A stretch of 58,494 bases of DNA, counting the filler, from Sphacelaria rigidula (lineage: Eukaryota), in assembly GCA_964200075.2 (NCBI GenBank). It is 8 parts of 8 records of this genome, joined end to end, with 100 filler letters (N's around TTAATTAATTAA, not from the genome) between each part and the next. Parts side by side here need not be neighbours in the genome. Positions count along the whole stretch, not along the records: positions 7,326 to 14,550 come from CAXNAA020015880.1; positions 14,651 to 21,874 come from CAXNAA020015881.1; positions 21,975 to 29,198 come from CAXNAA020015882.1; 5 more parts are not named here. One strand, written 5' to 3'. Both the position numbers and the translations under genes were made by a program. Below are positions 12,283-23,700 of this stretch, in pieces. A model generated the notes under the pieces. The model had not been told where the DNA came from, ran no database searches, and saw only the letters and a list, made by a program, of their open reading frames with translations. The number at the start of each line of letters is the position of its first letter. Position 1 is the stretch's first letter.

Positions 12283-12799
12283 ATATCGATATGAGTGCTA
12301 GTGCTAGGCGTGTTAGTTCGTGCTACCGTTTGAGACTCCTGAAAATGTTTCAGCAGGGAGAGTCTGGACAGCTTGTGATTAGCTTCGGGTATAGAGCTTC
12401 ACGGACGCGTGAGAAGGTTTCAAGCTGAGGTAGCTGCAAAGGCGGCTGGCCCGTGACTGATCCAGACTGGAGACTTGCTGGAGGTGCGTGCAGCGGGTGT
12501 TTATAGGACCCCAGGGCTGTGTGGAGCGGCGAAGAAAGCAGGTGTGAACTGAAGTTCGACAAGGTTTCAGAAATCTTCGATTTTTCGCTCGAGAATGTCG
12601 ACTACCGAGGTACCGGCAATAGAGCCAGCGGAAACGACTGTAACCCCAGTCGTTCTGAGGGAAGAGTTGCGGCCGCCCAGGTACGGGAATTTGTATTTCT
12701 GAGGGTGTTTCGCGTTTGTTTTACACGAAATACGTGGAATACAAAAGGAGGGTGGAGCATGCAAATGCAGGGGGTGCGGTAAGGCACCAGGTGGTTTCT

Positions 12800-14400
12800 A
12801 TGGCGCAACTAGTGCCTACCCCCCTGCAACGCGTCTTCGCGAGAAGGTTCCACGAAAAGCATACCATAACGCCGCTGTAGTTGGCCGCAGCGATAAAGAA
12901 GCACGCAGGGCATGCGGCAGGAGCGGAGGTAGAGCTTACTCAGGCGTCCGCGGCCGTGGCGAAGGCTGTCGCAATAAACCACAAGAGGAGGACCATGCGT
13001 GAGAGGGCGGAGCCCATAATGGGTAAGTCGGAGACGTATTTTTCGGAAAATCCCAACGTAGAGATGATTTATCGCTCGTCCGATGGGAAATTTCACCCAG
13101 GGCCCGCTGCGGTGGTCACGAAAGCGATGGTGGAGGGTCTGGCACCGGCGGAATTTAAGCAGGCCGTGCTTGTACAGTTACAGCACGAAACAAATTGGAA
13201 GTCGGACCCGTATTTAGTCATGGATACCGTGGTGGCTAAAGCTTAGGCATGGCGGCAGGTCGAAGTATTCGGAAAACCATCCACTTCGTCGCCGCAGTCT
13301 TCGAGCACGCGTAACCGCGGATCAAAATCCACAGGCAGTGCCGCCGCCAATATTACTTGCTATCAGTATGGCCAGGTAGGTTACATCGCACGCAAGTGCC
13401 CAACGCCTTCTGAGAGGGAGTCTGGGCAGACGAATGCCGCGCGCCCTCGCAATCACAAAGGAGGGAAAGGTAATCGGGGTGGTGGCGAAGGCGGATCCTC
13501 GAGCCGTGGAGTGTACAGTCGAGTTTCCAACAGCAGCAGCAGCAGCAGCAGAGGCAGCGGCGTCAGCAGCGTCAGCAGGGGTCCGGTTCTGGGTCCGGCT
13601 CAGCCGCAGGGGCTGCTGCTCCACAACGGGCGGTGCAGGTGGGACCAACCTCTCTAGTGTCGGGCTCGGTGCCGGCGCCGCCGGCAGCGGAGCAAGGCGA
13701 GACACCTGCTGCGAAGCCGGCCGGTTTTCAGCTAAAATTTGGATCCGCTGCTGCGTCGCCCGGGGTACCGCTGCAATTTGGTTCTGCGGGCGGGGCTTCG
13801 TACCCGCCGGTGGTGCCGGTGACCCCAGCGGGGGCGTCTATGCCTGCGCCGCGCGCGCAGCCGTGGCGCCAAGTGGGGATTACGACCCATCAGTCGGCGG
13901 AGCAGGTGCCGGTCGAGGACCAAGACAATTATGTCCTTGCCGAGTTCTATCTACCCGATCAACGGGCGCGGGGAGCTATATCGGTCAACGCGGTGTTGGA
14001 TTTAGGTGCCCACTTCACGAGCGTGTCGGTGCTAATTGTGGAGATGCTGGAGCGTCTACTCCCCGGAGAGCAAATCCGAATTCCGTTCTCGCTCGGGGTG
14101 CGGCAGGCCATCACCGCATCGGGGCAACGTATAAATGTGACGGAGTGTACGATTCCCCTACAGTTGGCGTTCAGGACGACCTGGGAGCCAACGAAATTAC
14201 CCCAGATATCGTTTGTGATCATGTCGGGGACGGATGGTGTCGTTCTGTTGGGTTTACCGACGCTTCGGGACTCGGAGTCGATCCGTATGATCGGCTGTTA
14301 GAGTCCCTAAAAACGCAAATGCCGTCGCCCGTTTCGAGTGTCGAGGCGCCTGCTTTTTTGGCCAGTCGACTGCTGCCGAGATAGCCCCCCCCCAAACCGG
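12800..14400 (+). mobile_element. Degenerate Ty3/Gypsy LTR retrotransposon gag + aspartic protease
   Basis: Gag-like ORF 12881-13246 reads through a stop into a decayed CCHC knuckle CYQYGQVGYIARKCP (~13357-13400). ORF 13633-14301 has retropepsin motifs AVLDLGAHFTSVS (D[ST]G mutated) and VVLLGLPTL. Truncated by the contig end. Confidence 0.8.
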
Positions 14401-14687
14401 CCAAAAACGTGCACGGAGGCGATGATCATAACTGCCGTTAAAGCTGGTTTCGTGCCGCACGACGCGACTGATTTGGGCGTTATAGCTGAAGTCGGACTGC
14501 TACACGCCTCTCATGTGGGTGAAATAGCTGCAAACGAGCCCAATAGTGGGNNNNNNNNNNNNNNNNNNNNNNNNNNNNNNNNNNNNNNNNNNNNTTAATT
14601 AATTAANNNNNNNNNNNNNNNNNNNNNNNNNNNNNNNNNNNNNNNNNNNNCCCCCCGACTGGTGAGGGGGTCTCGCGGGAGCGCCGT

Positions 14688-14728
14688 CAGAGGCAATAGA
14701 GGCAATAGAGGCAATAGAGGCGATAGAA
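14688..14728. repeat. 9-bp minisatellite (AGAGGCAAT)x4
   Basis: Directly visible tandem copies. Confidence 0.8.
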
Positions 14729-15807
14729 ATTGCGGTGTTTGGCTTGTTTTCCATTAAAAAATGTGGATAGTTGTAGGAAATGTGACCCCTCGCATTGAGG
14801 AGCCAAGAGGCTTAGATGACATTTGCATGCCATTCAAAGCGGTGGGCGATTTGAAAATCATTGATGTGTAGCATGCATTCTAGCAGCAGACTCTCCGTGA
14901 GGCGCGATGGATGGGAACAAGGAAGCCAACATAGGCTGGCATGGCAGCACGTGGGAATAAGAGCGCAACATTATTTCCACGTCTAGGCTGACAAACACGC
15001 ATGCAGTTGAATAGCAACCCATGCTATATTTTCTCATATTTGTGGTCGCGGATTACCGCTTGTTATTTTTATTTTCGGATGCGACAAACCTCGGCACATA
15101 TCTGCTATCTCACTCTTAGGTGCAGTGAACATGTGCTGCATCATGTTCAAAACGCTCATCATGCAGATGCCAACTGGAAAATGGGGTTTGGCGGTTGGCA
15201 GTTCCGCATCAAGCGTCCCGCCGTATATCAGCCACAATTACGTCTTTTTTGTCCATTTCCCTCATTCAACGGACCAGCCGCCTACACGCTACGGCATACA
15301 AAAACGGAAAACTGCAGAACCACGGGGTACCAACGAAGCAGACGCGACACAAGAAAAGAAGAAAACACCTGAGGTAGGCAGCTAGTGACTGGACCAGGAC
15401 CAACCCGTTCTTCATGTGCGATGGTACTACCACAGAACGCCAGACCGATGCTGTACAAGTCGACCTAAACACGGAAGACGCGCTGCGTCACGCGTCACTT
15501 TTTTTAACGCGAACAGTTCCCGTCGACGCCTTCGAAGCGCCCTCCGTCTCGATTGATACCCCATATCCCTCAGCAACTGTAAAGCGCAGGCCTCAATCTT
15601 ACAGTCAAACAAAATCTAACGGTGTAAGCTTCTTTGTCGAGAAGCCACCATCGTAAAATTGGTGTAAAAATAGCGGGTAACGGTAAAGCCCAAATAAACA
15701 GGATAAACTGGCGTCCTCATCGCCACTTCCAGTTTAACTCCAGTTTCAGCTTAGTCGACAGTGTGAACTGGTCCAGTTCACAGCCCTTCTTTCCTGAAGA
15801 ATAAGAA

Positions 15808-15883
15808 GTGCGCCTGACGGGGATCGAACACTGGTTCTCTTCACCCTGACGATGACAGCTTGACCATTAGACCACGGGGGCAC
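15808..15883 (-). mobile_element. tRNA-derived SINE-like head / pseudo-tRNA (tRNA-Glu-like ends)
   Basis: 76 nt GTGCCCCCGTGGTCTAATGGTCAAG...CCAGTGTTCGATCCCCGTCAGGCGCAC with A-box TGGTCTAATGG and B-box GTTCGATCC. The anticodon arm has a non-canonical loop, so it is not called a functional tRNA. Confidence 0.6.
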
Positions 15884-16139
15884 TTTTTTTCATTCAAAAT
15901 CACTGAAACGACGATGCGCGGCTCGATTTCTTGGATCTCGGAGTGAAACCTCAGGCACCAGAGAAACCGTACTCAGGCCTACCCTATCCCGACTTTTGGT
16001 CTACTTGTTTTTACCTCTCTGGCTCACTGCAAGGGGTTTGGAAGTAGCCCAAAAAAATTGAATCACCCAAATTTCGGGTCAAGAAATATATATATATAGA
16101 AAGCCAAGATCGTGACGCGGTGGGTCGAAGGGTTGTTTT

Positions 16140-16517
16140 CAAGGGCAGATCGAAGAGAGTATGTACTTTTGAACACTCGGGTAATTTACCCGAGTATTCA
16201 CTCTACCCCAGTTTGGGTAGATTGGGTACGGCCTCAAATACTCTACTCAAATAATGGGTGAGCGTTCTTGGCAATACCTGGGTATAGAGTATCACTCGGG
16301 TATGACCTCGATACTCTGCTCATATTTTGGGTAGATTGAGTACGACCTCAACACGCTACTCATATTTTGGGTAGATTGAGTACGACCTCAAATATTCCAC
16401 TCAAATTTTGGATAGATTGGGTACGACCTCCGATACTCTACTCAAATATTGAATACTAAAAGTACGACTTAATCAAAAACACCGAGTATTGCGTATACTC
16501 TATTCGACCTGCCCTTG
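16140..16517. mobile_element. hAT-type MITE with internal ~40-bp tandem repeats
   Basis: TIRs CAAGGGCAG.TCGA..AGAGTAT / ATACTCTATTCGACCTGCCCTTG. Flanking 8-mers GTTGTTTT / GTAGTTTC are a decayed TSD. Internal units TTTTGGGTAGATTG(A/G)GTACGACCTC. Confidence 0.75.
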
Positions 16518-18673
16518 GTAGTTTCTCTTCTGTCAAGTTTTACCCCGAAATTCGAAAATTTGAGCCGCGTGTGGCCGGTGGGCTGTTGCGACGGAGCCTT
16601 GACCGGCCCAGCTCGTACTTGCCTGCCTTCGCGATCACCGCATGAGTGCTACAGTATGGTACTGAATAGGTGGCTTGCTCATCTCGGCACAGTGTTGAAA
16701 AAATATGTATATATATATATATACGCCCTTGGCTATTGAAGGATGCAACAGTTAGCAGCTGAATACAAGACACACGAAAAGATGGGGAACAATTGAACCA
16801 AAAAACGAACAGCGTCGTTTTGTGTGGAGGTTCTATTGGAAAAAAAAGTGAGCGGGTAGTACTGGCGGCACCCGTACAGGGAGTTCGCCTCTCACGGGTA
16901 CTTTACCGCCGGTACCATGACTATCTCAGGCGAGAAGCGACCCCTACGCGATGGACGGACGATCAAACATGCCGTACACTACCCCCGTGCGAACCGGTTG
17001 ATATCTAGTCCAGCGCATTTCGCCATCTGCGTATACACTACGGTACTATACCATACATACATCACCCCCAGAAAACGCAAGATGCCGCTGATTTTCAACG
17101 CGTACACGTAATACGTACGTCATCCGAATGTTTTGTGAGATGGATTTAGTGCAAACAATGCCGGCAACTTGCCCTCGGTAATTCTTTTACTCCCATCTTA
17201 GACGGTATCCGAGATCGTTTTCATTTCTATTCCTTGAATATTCAGTAGATATGAATACACTCAGTCACAACCCCTGTCCGGCATCAGTGCCAATCGTCAG
17301 GTCATATTTTGAGTACAGTAGATGATATATGTGTATGTGTATGTATATGCCGATGGCGCGTGGCGAAGGTTGCGGAAGGCATGTCAAGCGGGACCACTTA
17401 CCTCAAGATAGATTGGGTGGGGGGCAGGGGGGGCGTATTCAGCTGTTGCTTGCCTTAGTCCTTCGACTATTGACCTCGCATCCCTTTCGAAACGGAGGGG
17501 GGAGGGGAGGCAGCAAGTTATTTTAAAGCTTGAAAATATCATACACATTGAAGTCCAGGAACAACGACCACGAAACCTCCCAACTGCAGAGATACGAGTA
17601 CATGTCATGTATGTACCTGTGTCAGAATGAGTACCACCAATGATGGTAAATGATGGCATGGTGTGGCAAGCACTGCCACCATGCCTACCACGACACCAGA
17701 GAGAGAGAGCAGAAGAAAAACCTATCACACAACACACGACAGCAGACGGCAGCAACATCCGACACTTCCATCAGCACAGCCAAGAGAACAAAAACAAAAA
17801 GCGTGTCACGGGAGAGCACTACCAGTACAGTACTAATACCTGGTACAGTTGGTTCCGGGAGAGCAGATATAATAAACACTTTGGTTTGGCACAGCAAAAG
17901 ACCACGCGGGGTTGCCGGTGACGCCAAAAAGGGTAACTTTCCGTGAGGAGGCGTTATTCTGAGACATACGAGTAGACCAGCGGGTAATTTTTGTCCCGCG
18001 GTATCTGGGGTACCGGGCACCTCGTGTGACCGCCAGGGTATTTTTTCGCAATATTTTCATGTCACACACCAATTTTGCATGAAAATCGCCCTCCGACGTC
18101 ACACGCTTCGAATGATCGCATGTGGACGATGGTAACGGCACGGAAACGGCAAGGCTCATGCATCGGAATAGGAAGCTCGCGCTTTATGCCCTGCAAGTTT
18201 TCATTTCAAAAACGGCATTCTGGAGAGGTGTACCGACGATTGGAGAACACCTTCAAGAATACCTGACACGGTGGAGTAGGTCTGGATGCTGAAAGGTATT
18301 GACCAACCCGTGCCGACCTCTGAACACTCTTTATTGTTTTGGTTTGGTTTGCTCGTCACACATCGACTGGTCCTCTACAAATCGACATACAGCCTTTGGT
18401 GAAACGTATACAACACGTACCCACGTAGAATATACAGAAAGCGCTCGTCATCAATTGCTTTTGAAAAACAGAGATGAGAAAAAAAAATGGGGACACACAG
18501 GAGAGGATGGAAACGAGGCAAAACTGGGTAGAACGAATCACACGAAAAAAAGAGAAGAAGAGAAAAAGAGAATAATAAAAGAAAAGCTGGAGCGCGATCA
18601 GCTTCAACGTACTACTTCCATCGTTCGTCTGACGCAACTTGCTCGCCAGCACAGCATGGATATTTGATTTTAC

Positions 18674-18759
18674 CTCCCTTGGCTCCCACTTTCGCAGACG
18701 GGTCCTAGATGAACCCCTGGGAACACGTGACGCAACCACTTGCGAAGATGCCATTTTTC
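18674..18759 (-). CDS. Tentative internal exon, unknown protein
   Basis: CAG acceptor and GTAAAA donor. Continues the frame of the 18976-19137 exon (GKMASSQVVASRVPRGSSRTRLRKWEPRE). Confidence 0.3.
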
Positions 18760-18975
18760 CTGATTCTCACAGAGGTAGCGGAGTTTTACATATCAAGACA
18801 AACTGAAGCGGCGGGGGGGGGGGGGATGGGGGCAGGGAACAGAATACAGCCATATAAAAAATGCAAATACTACCGTTAGAATTGTGAAACAGTTGACCTT
18901 TTCCGCAAAACATGAAGCTTATTCAGACGCCCTTCCTCCTCTTTTGTGAAATACTATTGTTACAGTTCTTCATAC

Positions 18976-19137
18976 CTTCGGTTTTTGAAGAATGAGAATG
19001 ACGTCCACGTTGCCGATCCTGCACCCCCTGTTTCATCCTGCGAAACGCCTCTTCCATGAACACCGACGAGTCCGCCTCCGACCACTCGGGACCACTGTCC
19101 GGGGATAGTTGTCCAATATCGGGCAAACTAAGGGCGC
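18976..19137 (-). CDS. Tentative internal exon, unknown protein (SANT/Myb-like stretch)
   Basis: CAG acceptor and GTATG donor, 162 nt, phase 1-1, open frame ALSLPDIGQLSPDSGPEWSEADSSVFMEEAFRRMKQG... Phase-compatible with 18674-18759. Confidence 0.35.
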
Positions 19138-19493
19138 CTGAAGGGTCCCAGCGCACCGTACACGTACAAAAAGTATCAAGGAACCAAAATGAGTAACTCG
19201 GGGTGTTATCATCCCTTGAAATGGGAACCAATAGCTGTAAACTGCGAATATCCTGACAAGGTGACCTGAGTATTTTTCGCTTTGTTTTTGGCGTGAGGCT
19301 CTTGTGATTATTCACCCTTCCCAGTAAACGTTTTCTTGTCTTGCCGCACCACACAGAGGAACGTCTGCCTCCCGCGTCATCGGTAAATGCCGAACCGACA
19401 AATTACACAAGACCGAAGTCCCCCTCCTCCCCCCTCCCGAAAACCTACTCGGTTGTTCCGAGCTCTGATCCGCCAGAGCGTTGGGACAAAACG

Positions 19494-19923
19494 ATGCAAA
19501 CACGGGATCTTACAAATTGGGGGTGGATCTTTCATTGGGGATGAGAAACCCGGAGAATTAACATCTTTACATCCACACCAAATCTTCGAAATATGGTTCC
19601 ATTTCTTCACCTACTGATAGCTAGTGACAATTGCTAGACGCCGTAGAAATTTGGATTTCGATCACCGAAATATTGGGGTCCTAGGTAAAACACTAATTTT
19701 GGGGAATTGTGGTTCCGAAATTGGTTCTTCACCTAGGACCCCAACATTTCGGTGATCGAAATCCAAATTTCTATGGCGTGTAGCAGTCGTCAAAAGCTAT
19801 CAGTAGGTGAAGAAATGGAATCATATTTCGAGGATTCGGTGTGGATACAAAGATTTTAATTCTCGGGGTTTCTCATCCCCAATAAAAGATGCATCCCCAA
19901 TTTGTAAGATCCCGTGTTTGCAT
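19494..19923. mobile_element. Foldback/MITE, 430-bp palindrome with ~200-bp arms
   Basis: ATGCAAACACGGGATCTTACAAATTGGGG ... CCCCAATTTGTAAGATCCCGTGTTTGCAT, with arms pairing almost to the centre. Same terminus at 52567 and 52817; arm fragments at 32825-32935 and 33795-34100. Confidence 0.9.
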
Positions 19924-20149
19924 GCTATTGTAAAAGACACGCGATCGCAAAAGAGAACAGCATCACGGGTGGAGTGTCAAAGTAATGTCACATAATATAT
20001 TTCACGAGCGACTGTGCCCCTTACTGTTCAGGCGAAGGATGTCTCTGCTCCTACCCTCGCCCCCGCCCCCATCACTACCGCAAAAAAACTTTGAAAAATA
20101 AAAAAGAGGAGAACATAAGAAGGAACAACGCGAGGGAAAGGCGATCGAG

Positions 20150-20715
20150 ACCAGTCGATTTCGTACTCCATCTGTCGAACTTTTGCGCGCGGTGAGTTCG
20201 TTTCTGAAGGCAGAGGTAATCGACGTCATGCTGTACGGCTGCGTGACCTGGACGCTCGCGCCCGATGGTTTCTGCCCGTTGCAGGAAGTCCACCGCGGTT
20301 TCCTGCTGCGGTGCCTCAAGGAGCATACAGTACCTCAACCCGCACCGCTTACTATTACTATTACTACTACTACTGCACTGCATGACGTCATACCGCGAGG
20401 TCCTCGAGAGAAATGGCTGAAATTGAATCGCGACTACCGTGACGAGGCGAATCCTATCATTCTACACCCCGGCCGCGCCGCGCCGCGCGCATGCACGAAC
20501 GCCTCCCCAACATCGTCATGCGTGGAGTAATTGTCGGAGGGGAGACGAAAGCAGTTCAGCCCGCGAACGCCTTTCAACACCGTATCCCTCAGCACTGCTC
20601 TGCCTTGGGAATAGATGCGACATTATGGACGCAGATCGCATAACATATTTCCGGATGGTACCGGGTCGTAAAGGAAAGGGGCTAAGAAGTGCACGGCAGA
20701 TTGGATCAACGCGCG
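20150..20715 (+). mobile_element. 5'-truncated, degenerate non-LTR retrotransposon (RTE-like LINE) ORF C-terminus
   Basis: LKAEVIDVMLYGCVTWTL...LQEVHRGFLLRCL..., then after a frameshift SYREVLE...IATTVTRRIL...RMHERLPNIVM. This is the typical post-RT region of RTE-clade LINEs (LLYGCETW motif). Stops and frameshifts present. Confidence 0.8.
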
Positions 20716-23700
20716 CCATGAAAAGGATTTTTTGCTGTGTTGAACGGGTTCTTGTCAAAGGGGATTTTCCCCATTTCACAATCCCCGTTTAAAAGGGGAT
20801 TGCCCCCACAACGACCAGCTTTGAGTCTTATCGAGAAGCAGTTTTGTACAAATGGAAGCCCAGATCTGCACGTAAGTTTAGAAATGCGGCGGTTCTGGAA
20901 GTGGTCGTTAGTCCGATAGCTCTGTGCTGGAGGCAAGACGCAACAAGACAACATAGCTCCTGCGCACTCAGCCCCCGAAAAAACACGCACAGACACCCAC
21001 TCCTCACTCGCATTAGTTCCAGTGTTAAGTTTTGCTAATCTACACACGGCAGTCTTTGTTTGACGGAAATCCGTTCGGTACTGGAGGGATGGCGCCCGCG
21101 TGCGTGTCAAAGTACAACAGAAAACGTGTCGCTGGTGACCGTTTTTGTGCCTGTGCCGTGCGCGCGTGTCACACAAATCATCGTTTCTCATTGAATTCTC
21201 AATGTATATGAGCACAGTCATGCACAGCGTGTTCAGCTGATGAACAGCTACAACTTGAGCTGTGTGGTGTTGGTCTACGGGGGCACTAACCTCTTCAGGT
21301 TCAGCTCTAAATGTGTGGGGTTGTGTGGCAAACCTTTGGCTGTGCCCCGGACATATACGTTCCCCTTCGGGTGTCCGGAAAGCCCCTATTGACCAGAGTA
21401 TTTCAGGCAATAGTTCTTCACTTCCTGAAATCTCTCCTCAAAAGGAGATTTCTGGGCACGTTTCTTGGGAGGTGGTATCGCAGCGACCAATTGGCGATCG
21501 TTTCTCAAGAAGGGGACTTTGAAACAGGGAAAAAACTCGTCCGATAAAAAGGGACCTCACCACTAGAGTCCCCTCAATGCCTGTCGAAGGCCGTCGAAAC
21601 GTAGCGAGTAGCCCATCAGGTAGTGTACTCGCTAGTGCGTCGGCCGTTTTCCTAGAGAATTCGGGTGTTTTTTTCTCCGGGGGTACCTGGGGATCTTGTT
21701 TGACCCTCGCTTGGTATCCGTTTAATCCCTTTACATGATCGGCAAATCTGATTTGTGTTTTTACCACGCCCCGACCAACTCGGGGGGGGAGGGGGGGGGG
21801 GGGGGGGGCGGGGTTGGTTTTTTTGTTTTTTTTTTTTTTTTTCACTTTCTTTCTGTTTTTTTTTTGTTTTTATTNNNNNNNNNNNNNNNNNNNNNNNNNN
21901 NNNNNNNNNNNNNNNNNNTTAATTAATTAANNNNNNNNNNNNNNNNNNNNNNNNNNNNNNNNNNNNNNNNNNNNATCTACGCGATCGAGGGGCATTAGGC
22001 CGACAAAATGAAAGTGTGGGGAAAGCACTGTTTTAGGGTTGAACCTCATCTCGGAGTTAAGCCTCAATTCGCACAATTTGTTGTTCAATGGGGAATGAAC
22101 GAGAAGTGTATCCAAGACGGGCAGGGGACGACCGCCTAATTTCGAGGCAGTCGTACACTCTGGATCCCCCTACTATATGCTTATTTGAAAACGCGGGGTT
22201 TTGTACATTTCCAAAACATCGTCAAGTGGCGGGTGTAGCATCAGTGGAGAATCAGAAATCAATCTGGCGGGGCTCAGCCGTTGTGCGAGGTCCAATCGCG
22301 GGGGGACGTATGCCGTCTTATGATTGGCCCTGTGCATGCGGGCAAAGGGAACCGGAATGGGATATGGGAAGGCTTGGGCCGAAAGCAGTAGGGTCCGAGC
22401 CTGAAAACACGACTGATTGCACTGTTGGTTGAGATTGCTGTGATCACTACCATAGTTACAATATCGAATCGGGGGTGGTTGTCTGAATCGCGCGAGTCGC
22501 GATGTTGAGGGCAACGGTATGAACGCATACGCGTTTGCCAGGTATGCCAGCATTGTGAGGATTCAGTTCAGAGAAAAATGACTTGAGCACACCGAACGCG
22601 TTTGTGAAAGGGTTCTCACAAGTGCACATCAGTATGTTCATGAAACCAAATGCCACAACATTGACATGTATTCTTACAGCGGCGGATCAAGTCAGTCCGA
22701 ATGAGGGGGTCGACGTAACGGGTCCATATCGGTGTTTCTCAAATGGTTCGTGGACGTACAGATTTGATTTGCTTACCGCCAAATTTCTGGTGCAAAACCC
22801 AAGGAGGAAATCGACTGGTAAACACGACGGGGGTTGGTACCGTCGCTGAAAACATGACCGAACCGACTGACTCACTCCATATGTGATCCACTTCAGTCAG
22901 CGAGACGGACAGTGGAATGCATCCATGCTGCTGAAAATTGAATCAATGAGGACAAGAAAATGAGAAAGCGTCAGGAAGGACTCCGTTCTCGTAGAAGTGT
23001 GAGTGTCAGTGGCTGCGCGACGGTTTTATTCGCACACCGCACATTCACACGGCCTATCACTTAATTAATGATGTGTTGGGGGAAGGTAAATCTAGAAAAT
23101 GATTAAAAGATTGAAGGGACGTTAGAAAGAAAGGAAGGGCAGTTTGGGTTAAACGGCACAATCAAAAGAGCGCCTGGCATGAAGTGCCTGTTTTCATGCA
23201 GTACTGTACAGAGATATCAAAGTTTAAATCATGTCGCCATGAAAAGAATACCGCACTCGCGAGGAGTTGCAATAGCGACGCCAACCCCCCAAAATCCTGC
23301 TTCAAACACTTGGTAAGGTTTTGCAAACTTGGAAAACATCAACTACCGCGGTTCGTAGCGGCACGTAGGCAAAATCTCGATACTCGTTCCCATAGTGTAG
23401 TAGCTCAACTGACGGTACTCGTCGGCAGTATCGTGAGGTCGACTGCAACTAGCTGAGGTGGGAGTTGGCGGGGCGACGTGTAGGGCAGGCAGAAAGTCGA
23501 AGTACGCGCGCAACGCAAAACAGTGCTATATTTATAACAATATACACACTCGGGCAGACAGCACCCTGTAGGACGTGCTGCACAGGGTTCTTCGTAGTCT
23601 TTGTGAATATCCCTGTACAGCATTTGCAAACCCTAGTACCTCTACCAGCATTTAGTGTAGCGTTTTTGTCGAGATCCTGTAAGCAACCCTGTGGAGAGGC

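Noticed and set aside
13434..14384. Longest ORF in the track (316 aa) as a host gene
   Set aside because: GC-rich alternative frame overlapping the retrotransposon gag-protease region; the protease motifs are in the 13633-14301 frame.
15369..15464. Kinase subdomain IX exon (VDLYSIGLAF) on minus strand
   Set aside because: AG/GT-bounded 96-nt segment, but only a short motif matches, other frames are also open and no other kinase exons were found on that contig.
15808..15883. Functional tRNA gene
   Set aside because: Acceptor stem pairs poorly and the anticodon loop is not a canonical 7-nt loop; a diverged relative exists at 911-982.
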